Source: Oculatellaceae cyanobacterium bins.114 (GTDB lineage: Bacteria; Cyanobacteriota; Cyanobacteriia; Elainellales; Elainellaceae). Taken from it: a DNA stretch of 13,720 nt. A model generated the notes under the pieces. The model was not told the origin of the DNA and did no database searches. It worked only from the letters and a program-made list of their open reading frames with translations. Below, in pieces: positions 1-7,103 of the stretch. How positions within the stretch are numbered: position 1 is the first letter of the stretch; the number at the start of each line of letters is the position of its first letter. The DNA lies in NCBI GenBank assembly GCA_033764315.1, contig JANRJA010000040.1, forward strand, positions 1-13,720. The letters are read 5' to 3'. Made by a program: the position numbers and the translations under genes.

Positions 1-66
1 ATGATGAACCCGTTCCCATACCTCATCTGGCAATCGATAGGCAGGGTTGATCTCTGTGAAGGACAT
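1..66 (-). CDS. N-terminus of a probable IS5-family transposase (runs off the left edge of the window)
   Basis: Minus-strand ATG at 66 reads MSFTEINPAYRLPDEVWERVHH..., resembling the '(Y/W)R(I/L)PDE(L/V)WER' start of IS5-family transposases. Only 22 codons are visible, too short for the ORF track. Confidence 0.6.
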   Translation of the reverse strand, partial: MSFTEINPAYRLPDEVWERVHH

Positions 67-137
67 CGCTCGTTAATCCCTGAAACATCCTTCTTAAAAG
101 CATCTCACCCATTGAGACGTTTTCGGATAGGTTCTAA
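1..137 (-). mobile_element. Left end of an IS5-like insertion sequence (putative terminal IR GAACCTATCCGAAAACG at 134->118, flanked by TAA at 135-137)
   Basis: IR-like sequence ~50-70 bp upstream of the transposase start, next to a TAA triplet of the kind some IS5 subgroups duplicate. The partner IR would lie outside the window. Confidence 0.5.
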
Positions 138-140
138 GAA

Positions 141-352
141 CCTAGCGAATAAATTCGCGGCTATCAGAGCGAAGTTCGCCTTCGCGAACTACAGAAAATC
201 AAGGGTTGAGTGAACCGACTCATATAAAATCCGGCTAGTTGCTTACTAATTACTTTCCTACAGACAAAGGTTTTAGCCTAGCCTTACAACAAGTAAGCAG
301 CCAGATTTCATATCAGGTCGGTTTTGCTCCTTTAGTTGCGGTTTCAACCGCC
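141..352. repeat. REP-like palindromic repeat cluster interrupted by a ~110-bp inverted-repeat element (213-323)
   Basis: Hairpins GCGAAT-AA-ATTCGC, AGTTCGC-CTTC-GCGAACT and GCGGTT-TC-AACCGC. Imperfect ~33-bp IR: AACCGACTCATATAAAATCCGGCTAGTTGCTTACT (213-247) versus AGTAAGCAGCCAGATTTCATATCAGGTCGGTT (292-323). Confidence 0.65.
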
Positions 353-379
353 AAAATCCTTATCCCGAATTCACGTTAA

Positions 380-488
380 TATAGCCATAGCCAACTTCGT
401 CAGGACACTCCCTTACGCCTTGATCTGTCATTCCCATGAAAGCGAGAATGACGCTATTCCGACCCAGGTGTCATAAGCAAAGGTGGCT
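380..488. mobile_element. Degenerate TATAGC-ended MITE with a central hairpin
   Basis: Left end TATAGCCATAGCCAACTTCGTCAGGACAC (380-408); decayed inverted copy GTGTCATAAGCAAAGGTGGCT (468-488); internal stem GTCATTC...GAATGAC (427-452). Confidence 0.45.
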
Positions 489-737
489 GCTTATTAGTGG
501 CGAGATATTTCAGCAACAGGGGCGGTTATTTCTGTCCTAGCAGGAATTTTGGTTTTGATATTTGACAGAAGAAGCTTTAAAGAAACGGGGTGGCTTTTAG
601 TCGGGACAGGTATTGTGCTGGTGTTTTTGAGTGGAGGAGTGATCCTGCGCCCAACGAGTTTATGGACTTTCTTTCTAGCATTTGTTGCAATGATGGCTGG
701 ATTTAAGTTGATTACGACTGGGCGGGTCGATTTTTAA
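489..737 (+). pseudogene. 5'-truncated gene for a small cyanobacterial membrane protein, with an in-frame TAG (the ORF-track call 549-737 is its 3' part)
   Basis: The 549-737 frame continues upstream as A-Y-*-W-R-D-I-S-A-T-G-A-V-I-S-V-L-A-G-I-L..., with TAG at 495-497. From memory, a conserved cyanobacterial family reads 'YWWRDISA...GGVILRPTSLW'. No start codon is present and the upstream DNA is MITE sequence. Confidence 0.6.
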
Positions 738-790
738 GCTTCACTGTTCTTTATTAAAAAGCATAAAAGCTTAAATCTTTGGTAAAAATG

Positions 791-830
791 GTATCTATTG
801 ATACAGTTTTTATGGCAAACCTCTTATGAT
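791..830 (+). promoter_or_regulatory. Putative NtcA-activated promoter (GTA-N8-TAC plus -10 box)
   Basis: GTATCTATTGATAC at 791-804 inside the extended palindrome AAAAATGGTATC-TATT-GATACAGTTTTT, followed 20 nt later by TATGAT (825-830, TAN3T). Confidence 0.65.
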
Positions 831-927
831 TGGGTAATGATAAGCCCAAGCTTTAACATTACTGCTCACCATTCCAAAGAATGAAGCATGTAGGTTGAAG
901 TCATTAACAGTCCTTCAAGAGGTTGAT

Positions 928-1122
928 ATGGCAGACATTACTTGCACTGTTCCCACCCCCAAAACTCCTCAAGAATTGGAACGTGCGATCCAGCATTACA
1001 AATCTAGCGATGTCAGTGGTCACGAACTCTTTTGTCAGTGGGAAGCTATTCGCAACGCCTCCCTACAACTCCAGTTACCAGAGCCTGAGGGCGATCGCGT
1101 TCCTGGAGCAGATAGCTACTAA
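928..1122 (+). CDS. Small hypothetical protein (64 aa)
   Basis: ATG at 928 preceded by GAGG (919-922), preferred over the TTG at 895. Contains a HIP1 site and lies downstream of the NtcA-type promoter. No family recognised. Confidence 0.6.
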   Translation: MADITCTVPTPKTPQELERAIQHYKSSDVSGHELFCQWEAIRNASLQLQLPEPEGDRVPGADSY

Positions 1123-1184
1123 CTAACTCATCTGCCCACCATTGACAATTCACGTTGGGTAAGACTCACTTAAGCAGTCAACAT

Positions 1185-1236
1185 AGAGAGTCAGCACATG
1201 ATTGGATGACGCGATCATGAGTGATTCTGGCTCTCT
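1185..1236. terminator. Stem-loop between convergent genes (possible terminator or 3' stabiliser)
   Basis: AGAGAGTCAG (1185-1194) pairs with CTGGCTCTCT (1227-1236), with an inner CATGAT/ATCATG stem. There is no strong U-tract. Confidence 0.35.
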
Positions 1237-1273
1237 CACACTCTCGTCATCCTGATCTTTCTAAAGCTATGCA

Positions 1274-2251
1274 TTAGTTGTAGTTGGTTGCTTCAACAAG
1301 TAACGGAGATGACACATCATCTGAGTTCATCACTCGCTTGTAAGCATTGGCAGAGAGTTGGGCAGACTCTTTTTGCAGATACTCTAAAAACGTGCTGGCA
1401 ACGACCGAAAGCTGTTTGCCCGCTAGATAGACAACATACCACTCTCGTTGAATTGGAAACCCTTCTACATCTAACACAGTCAGTTCCCCAACGGTGTCAG
1501 GGGTTAGTGTATGCCGAGACAAAACAGCTATCCCAAGCCCTCCAGCGATCGCCTGCTTGATCGCTTCGTTGCTGCCTAACTCTAACCGCACTTTTACCGA
1601 AAGACCCTGACTATCTAAGAGTTTTTGTAATGCACTGCGAGTTCCAGAACCGGGTTCTCGCATAATAAATGTTTCCTCTGCCAACCGCTTTAGCGTGATG
1701 TTCTTTTCTTTGGCCAGTGGGTGAGTGGCAGGAGCAATCACGACTAAAGGATTGTCTAAAAATGGATGAGCTTTAATTTCAACATGATCAGGCAACTGAC
1801 TCATGACATAAAGATCATCCTGGTTGTTCGCCAGACGTTCAATTACTTGTTCGTGGTTAGTCACGGTTAGTGAAACGTCGATGCCGGGATATTTTTGACA
1901 AAACGGCCCCAACAGACGCGGCATGAAATATTTAGTGGTGGTAATGACAGCAAGGCGCAGGTGCCCCTGTTTCATGCCTTTCATGTCTGCCACTTTCATT
2001 TCAAGCTGCTCTAGATTGCTAAAAATCTGTTGACAGGTTGAAAATAACTCTCGCCCTGCATCTGTAAGATAAAGCCGTTTACCCACTTGCTCAAAGAGCG
2101 GCAATCCGATTGCTTTAGTCAACTGTTTGACCTGCATGGATACCGTGGGTTGTGTCAGAAATAGTTCTTCTGCGGCTCTTGTAAAACTGCCATGACGGGC
2201 AGTTGCCTCGAATACCTTAAGTTGATGAAGCGTGGCATGAATCACCCGCAA
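1274..2251 (-). CDS. LysR-family transcriptional regulator, CbbR subfamily (CmpR / NdhR-CcmR type, inorganic-carbon regulation)
   Basis: N-terminal HTH 'ATLHQLKVFEATARHGSFTRAAEELFLTQPTVSMQVKQL' plus 'AVITTTKYFMPRLLG', 'MREPGSGTR' and 'LELGSNEAIKQAIAGGLG', all typical of cyanobacterial CmpR/NdhR. TTG start with an AGGAG RBS. CmpR and NdhR cannot be separated by eye. Confidence 0.93.
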   Translation of the reverse strand: MRVIHATLHQLKVFEATARHGSFTRAAEELFLTQPTVSMQVKQLTKAIGLPLFEQVGKRLYLTDAGRELFSTCQQIFSNLEQLEMKVADMKGMKQGHLRLAVITTTKYFMPRLLGPFCQKYPGIDVSLTVTNHEQVIERLANNQDDLYVMSQLPDHVEIKAHPFLDNPLVVIAPATHPLAKEKNITLKRLAEETFIMREPGSGTRSALQKLLDSQGLSVKVRLELGSNEAIKQAIAGGLGIAVLSRHTLTPDTVGELTVLDVEGFPIQREWYVVYLAGKQLSVVASTFLEYLQKESAQLSANAYKRVMNSDDVSSPLLVEATNYN

Positions 2252-2266
2252 ATCTCCTAAATTACA

Positions 2267-2282
2267 ATAGACTGAATTCTAT
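2267..2282. promoter_or_regulatory. ATAG-N8-CTAT LysR (NdhR/CmpR-type) operator, probably autoregulatory
   Basis: ATAG-ACTGAATT-CTAT lies ~15 bp upstream of the LysR start codon, with further ATAG/CTAT half-sites immediately beyond. This matches the motif reported for NdhR. Confidence 0.6.
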
Positions 2283-2493
2283 CATAGACCTATTAACTAA
2301 TGATTTTAATCTATGATTTTTGACGTTATGATTTTTGTAATGGCAACTAAAGTTCCCTTCCAGGAGTGTTGTACCTGGCACATAAAGACAATCTAAGATG
2401 ACACCTTGAATTCCTACTCCTGCAAGTCAAATTATTGGGTTCATCTTGGTTTGTTCTTTGTTCACGTACAGCACTCTTTCCTAATCCCACTTA

Positions 2494-2517
2494 ATTGAAT
2501 ATGGCATTGAATATGGC
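2494..2517. repeat. 12-bp tandem duplication (ATTGAATATGGC x2)
   Basis: Two exact adjacent copies. Confidence 0.8.
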
Positions 2518-2770
2518 AACTAATAGTACTGACTCTGCTGGTTTGGGCAACATCTGAGAACCATAGAGTCCACAGTTGGGGGGTTAACTCTCTGCACCTC
2601 CCGCCATTTAAACATCTCGGCCATAACGATATCTATAGAGCGCATTCTCATCAAGCGATAGGTCAGCTAAAGGGGAATAGTTTGAAGTAATTTTGACAAA
2701 GTCTGCGCGATCGCGTCCGGACTCAGTGTTAACTTGATTGGAGTTGATAAGACACCGAGAAATTACTGGT

Positions 2771-2797
2771 TTATTTAGGCTGGCTTATTTAGGCTGG
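2771..2797. repeat. Direct repeat TTATTTAGGCTGG x2 (14-bp period)
   Basis: Exact copies at 2771-2783 and 2785-2797, directly before a MITE. Confidence 0.8.
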
Positions 2798-2804
2798 TTC
2801 ATTT

Positions 2805-2929
2805 AAGTAGGTGGGTGTCATCAACTATAAAGATGCGTTTCGGACGCGCTCAATGCTCTAATCTCTCTAACAGCGGGTTGAGCGGAGTCGAAACCCGAAT
2901 AAATTGAGTTTAATGAGGCTCTCCTACTT
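2805..2929. mobile_element. ~125-bp MITE with AAGTAGG...CCTACTT ends carrying REP-like hairpins
   Basis: Imperfect terminal IR AAGTAGGTGGGTGTCATCAA / TTAATGAGGCTCTCCTACTT. Internal GTTTCGGACGCGCTCAA and its inverted relative CGGGTTGAGCGGAGTCGAAACCCG. Confidence 0.6.
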
Positions 2930-3153
2930 GTCTATTCGGTTATTGATGACCAACATCATACGCCAATCCTCTTACCTCAAGTTCTACTATTCTCTTCGTG
3001 AGAATAATAATAACTGGGTTTAGAGATAGCCCTCAATCCCAAATCATTACCTTTAAAGGGCTACTGATTTAGGTATGAACTTAGGTATTGAAAATTGCAG
3101 TAACTTTTTCAGTATTTCTCCGTCTATTGACTCGTTAGTTTTGTTTTTAAGGA

Positions 3154-3744
3154 ATGTCATCGCTCATGCAGGTGCACCGAACCGTGCGATCGCTGTATCA
3201 ATTAATTTGGCAACCCAAACCAGATGCCCCGATTCAGTCTGCTCAATCTAGCAAATGGCACTCGGCGATTCGTTGGGTGTTACCCACAGATCTTGCCATA
3301 GGGTCACTTCCCAAACTGGGGTCAAGGGCTTCTTTGACCGAAGCAGGTATCAAAGCAATTCTCTCGTTGTGTGCTCCCTCAGAGGGGCAGTTACCAGAAG
3401 AGGTCGTTCAAAACTTCCGCTGTCATCGCTTTATTTTGCCAGACAGCCAATTTATTGCAGGGCTACAGGCTCATCAACTGGCTACCGCCGTTGAGATTAT
3501 TCATCAAAGCATCCAATCAGGTGAACCGATTTATGTTCATTGCTTAGCTGGAATTGAGCGATCGCCCACCGTTTGTATTGCCTATCTCTGCCGCTATCAC
3601 CATTTAGAATTGTGGGAAGCGATCAATTGTCTAAAACAGGCTCATGCGCGATCGATGCCAACTAATGCTCAGATTCAAGTCATCCGCGAGTTTCTTGAGA
3701 TTCGACCAGCCGCCGCTGAAGAGGAGATTGCCCACTGGAACTGA
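3154..3744 (+). CDS. Dual-specificity / protein-tyrosine phosphatase family protein
   Basis: Intact CX5R loop 'VHCLAGIERS', acid loop 'LPDS', N-terminal 'LAIGSLP...GIKAILSLC' and C-terminal 'MPTNAQ'. AAGGA lies just upstream of the ATG. Confidence 0.9.
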   Translation: MSSLMQVHRTVRSLYQLIWQPKPDAPIQSAQSSKWHSAIRWVLPTDLAIGSLPKLGSRASLTEAGIKAILSLCAPSEGQLPEEVVQNFRCHRFILPDSQFIAGLQAHQLATAVEIIHQSIQSGEPIYVHCLAGIERSPTVCIAYLCRYHHLELWEAINCLKQAHARSMPTNAQIQVIREFLEIRPAAAEEEIAHWN

Positions 3745-4155
3745 AGCTAAAAAATAGACATTGATTCTAAGAAGCAACAGACCCTATCTCGTCTGACTTT
3801 AAGGGCTTGTTAAACAAGCGGTAATTAACCCCTCTAGTTAAACCATCAATTAAGCAAAACCCCAGCGATTGGCATTCTGCATAGAAGTAATGGGGTTAAT
3901 CCAAGAGATTTTAGTTACAAAAATTGACAGAAGCCTGCTCAACCAACTGCTTAAGCTTAAGAACTTATTAAGACAAGCAGAGAATTTGATTTATGCGCTT
4001 AAATTAAATTCAAGATACCTCCTAACTGCGTCTCCAGCCTCATTTTTTTTACTCCAGAGTGAATTTGATGAGGCTGATATTTTTTGGAGATTTGATGTAT
4101 ATCTTTTAAAGGTTGACGCCTACATCTTCTATGAGTAAGTCAGTCTCTAGAAGGA

Positions 4156-4184
4156 TTGACGATCGCTAGAAGCAATGTTAACTT
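4156..4184 (+). promoter_or_regulatory. Putative sigma70-type promoter for the riboswitch/ABC transcript
   Basis: TTGACG (4156-4161), 17-nt spacer ending in TGn, TAACTT (4179-4184), ~40 nt before the aptamer. Confidence 0.5.
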
Positions 4185-4221
4185 ATCGTTTAATAACAAG
4201 TCAGCCTAATCTAGCTCCTCC

Positions 4222-4401
4222 TTGCACTTAGTTCGATTGCAGGAGAGCCAGAGCGGAGGAACCAAATTTTGGGGCTAATCTGGATACCTATCCTGCATAA
4301 AGCAGACGGGAACTACTTTCCTTAAGCTTTAATTGGTCTGCTATCCAGAGGGACACCTCTCAGTCCTAGCCCGTCAGCTAACTCCGTCGGCAGTGAGAGG
4401 A
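4222..4401 (+). ncRNA. Cyclic di-AMP riboswitch (ydaO/yuaA leader)
   Basis: Hallmark blocks in the expected order: AGAGCGGAGGAACCA, TTTTGGGGCTAATC, GAGGG, CCTAGCCCGTCAGCTAACTCCGTCGGC. CCTCTCA (4356-4362) pairs with TGAGAGG (4394-4400). It sits in the leader ~135 nt before the permease ATG. The 5' boundary is approximate. Confidence 0.9.
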
Positions 4402-4535
4402 GACTGAGGAATCAGCATTTATATCGCTTGATCTTCTTCAGTGTCCTCAAATTAGTGTGAGCAATGCTTCATGTCTTGTGAGATGAAGTTGTGTCGATAG
4501 TTTGCGATCGCTCTAGCCACTGAGGAGATACCTAA

Positions 4536-5387
4536 ATGATCCTGCAATCGGGTGTTCAAGCCGTTTCTACGGCTGCAAATACAAGCTGGAGAAAAGTTTT
4601 TCGCCCTGCCTTACTGCGAGATACGATTCTGTTACCATTCCTGGGGTTTGCCTCACTCATTCTAGTATGGTGGATTGCAGCAACTTTCTTTTCAACCTTA
4701 CTGCCTACTCCACTTCAAGCATTGACCGATAACTTTGACTATGTTATCCATCCGTTTTATCGACGAGGCCCCGGTGATTTAGGCATTGGCTGGTTATTGT
4801 TAGCCAGTCTACGACGAGTGTTGACTGGGTTTTTGTTGGGTTCTTTGGTGGCTGTTCCCATCGGCTTTTGGATTGGCACATCCAAACACGCCATGTTAGC
4901 CATTAACCCAATTGTGCAAATCTTGCGTCCAGTATCTCCTGTAGCCTGGCTGCCGATCGCTCTGGCCGTGTTTAACCAGGCAAATCCCTCTGCCATCTAT
5001 GTCATCTTCATTACGTCTCTGTGGTCTACGGTAATCAACACCGCACTGGGAGTGTCTAGCGTTCCCAAAGATTACATCAACGTCGCTCAAGTGTTAGAAA
5101 TGCCTCGATGGCGACAGATTTATAAAGTAATTTTGCCTGCTAGCTTGCCTTATATCTTTACAGGCTTGCGAATCAGTTTAGGGATTGCCTGGTTAGTCAT
5201 TGTGGCCGTCGAGATGTTGACCGGTGGGATTGGCATTGGCTTTTTTATCTGGGATGAATGGAATCGCCTCTCTCTCAGCTCAATCTTCTTGGCCATATTA
5301 GTGATTGGTTTGACAGGGCTAGTTATGGATTGGCTGTTGATTAAGTTGCAACAAGCCGTTACACACCGACCTGTGCAACACACTTAA
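4536..5387 (+). CDS. ABC transporter permease, nitrate/bicarbonate/cyanate family (NrtB/CmpB-like)
   Basis: 'GIGWLLLASLRRV', 'LRPVSPVAWLPIAL', 'ILPASLPYIFTGLRISLGIAWLVIVAVEMLTGGIGIGFFIWDEWN'; several TM helices; GAGGAG RBS. Confidence 0.93.
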   Translation: MILQSGVQAVSTAANTSWRKVFRPALLRDTILLPFLGFASLILVWWIAATFFSTLLPTPLQALTDNFDYVIHPFYRRGPGDLGIGWLLLASLRRVLTGFLLGSLVAVPIGFWIGTSKHAMLAINPIVQILRPVSPVAWLPIALAVFNQANPSAIYVIFITSLWSTVINTALGVSSVPKDYINVAQVLEMPRWRQIYKVILPASLPYIFTGLRISLGIAWLVIVAVEMLTGGIGIGFFIWDEWNRLSLSSIFLAILVIGLTGLVMDWLLIKLQQAVTHRPVQHT

Positions 5388-5556
5388 CAGGCTTTCGGGC
5401 AACCATTCAAAGCTCATCTTGCGTTTTTATCCCATTTCCTGCAAGCGTCACTCTGATTTTGGCTAGAGCACTGTCTATCGGGTAGATCTTGATGGCAGCT
5501 TTGAGAGGTAGCCGAAATGAGAGGCTTCTCACCCACCTACTTTTTCTCTAACCCCT

Positions 5557-6948
5557 ATGAATAAGATCACTCGGCGATCGCTTTTATATGGCATTGGTGG
5601 TTTTGCAGCCACAACTGCTCTATCGTCCTGCGGTAAAACAACTAGCATTCCAGGATTAACCGAAGAAGCCCATGCCGTAGAGCAGCTTGTAGACCCCAGT
5701 ACCCTAGAAAAACCTAATTTGACCGTCGGTTTTGTACCCGTTAATGACTGTGCCCCGTTTGCAGTGGCTTATACCAAAGGGTTTTTCTGGAAGTATGGGT
5801 TAAACGTCCAGTTGAGCCGAGAAGCCAGTTGGGGTACATCACGAGACGGTGTCATTTTTGGACGGCTCGACGCCTCCCCAGTGGTATCAGGAGCAGTCAC
5901 CAACGCGCGAATTGGAGCAGAAGGGGCACGTCACGCCCCCATGTGTGCAGCGATGACAATTCACCGTCACGGCAACGCCATGACCATGAACCGAGCCATG
6001 TGGGATGCCGGAATTCGTCCATTGCAAAGCTATAACGGTGATTTAGAAGCCTTTGGGCGCGATTTTCGTCGCTATTTTGAGAACTTGCCCCCCGAACGAC
6101 GCATCTGGGCAGTGGTGCTCAGTTCTTCAATTTATGAATACTTTGTGCGTTATCTGTCAGCGGCAGTTGGCGTCAACCCGATTGAGGAATTTCGCATCAT
6201 TATTATTCCGCCACCTCAAATGGTCAGTAATGTGCGAATCGGCGCAATGCAGGCATACATGGTGGCAGAACCGTGGAATACTCGTGCCATCTCAGGCAAT
6301 GAAGGAGTCGGTTTTACCTTTGCTCAAGGTAAAGAGATTTGGCAAGGACACCCCGATCGCGTTCTTGCCGTAATGGAACCCTTTATTGAACAAAATCCTA
6401 AAACCTACCGCTCTCTGGTCAAAGCCATGATCGAGGCGTGTCAGTTTTGCAGCGAACCCGCTAACCGACAAGAGGTAGTAGAAATTATCTCCAGTCGCTC
6501 TTTTACACGAGCCAAAGCGCAATATACTAAACCAGCGATCGTGGGGGAATATAACTACGGTGGGTTTGATAATCAACCCCGCATCACAAAAGCAGAAGAT
6601 ACCACTGTCTTCTTTAAAATGCCTGCTGATCTGCCCCACCCAGAAAATGACCATTCCACATTTCTCTGGCAATCACACAGTTTATGGTTGATGACCCAAG
6701 CGGCTCGTTGGGGACAAATTGACGAGTTTCCTGCTGATGCAGAACAACGGGCACGTCAGGCATGGCGCACTGATCTATATCGCGAGATTGCCGCTGAAAT
6801 GGGCATTGCTTGCCCTAGCGACGATTACAAAGTTGAACCCGCAGAAGTCTTCATCGATCGCCAAGCCTTTGACCCCAGTGATCCCATTGGCTATCTCAAC
6901 CGCTTTGAGATTCGAGCCAACCGACCAACCTCAATCTATCTCAGCTAA
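5557..6948 (+). CDS. CmpA/NrtA-family ABC substrate-binding lipoprotein (substrate uncertain)
   Basis: Twin-arginine signal 'TRRSLL', lipobox LSS-C25, 'LEKPNLTVGFVPVNDCAP', 'EASW', 'IPPPQMVSN', 'VAEPWN', 'IWQGHPD', 'WRTDLYRE'. Confidence 0.93.
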   Translation: MNKITRRSLLYGIGGFAATTALSSCGKTTSIPGLTEEAHAVEQLVDPSTLEKPNLTVGFVPVNDCAPFAVAYTKGFFWKYGLNVQLSREASWGTSRDGVIFGRLDASPVVSGAVTNARIGAEGARHAPMCAAMTIHRHGNAMTMNRAMWDAGIRPLQSYNGDLEAFGRDFRRYFENLPPERRIWAVVLSSSIYEYFVRYLSAAVGVNPIEEFRIIIIPPPQMVSNVRIGAMQAYMVAEPWNTRAISGNEGVGFTFAQGKEIWQGHPDRVLAVMEPFIEQNPKTYRSLVKAMIEACQFCSEPANRQEVVEIISSRSFTRAKAQYTKPAIVGEYNYGGFDNQPRITKAEDTTVFFKMPADLPHPENDHSTFLWQSHSLWLMTQAARWGQIDEFPADAEQRARQAWRTDLYREIAAEMGIACPSDDYKVEPAEVFIDRQAFDPSDPIGYLNRFEIRANRPTSIYLS

Positions 6949-7103
6949 AGCCATTGAAGAGTTGATGCAGGAAGCACCGCAAGCCCTCTTGTATCAACTG
7001 TTTTGACGGTTGCCATAAGCACTAATCACTCAAAAAGGCGAAAAGGGTTCAGCTTAGCACTCAGTATTGACCATTGCAAATTTCATCCTCACAGGACTTC
7101 ACC

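Noticed and set aside
1-213. Plus-strand 70-aa ORF
   Set aside because: It is antisense to the transposase start and runs through an IS end and REP hairpins. No protein-like features.
923-1126. Alternative-frame 67-aa ORF over the small gene
   Set aside because: TTG start with no properly spaced RBS. The 928-1122 frame has an ATG with GAGG. Not formally excluded.
3869-4138. 89-aa ORF upstream of the riboswitch
   Set aside because: TTG start, no RBS, and an AT-rich Leu/Lys/Phe-biased translation typical of promoter DNA.
4222-4401. Guanidine-I (ykkC) riboswitch, suggested by the downstream ABC family
   Set aside because: The conserved blocks (GGAGGAACC, GGGGCTAATC, CCCGTCAGCTAAC) are those of the ydaO c-di-AMP class.
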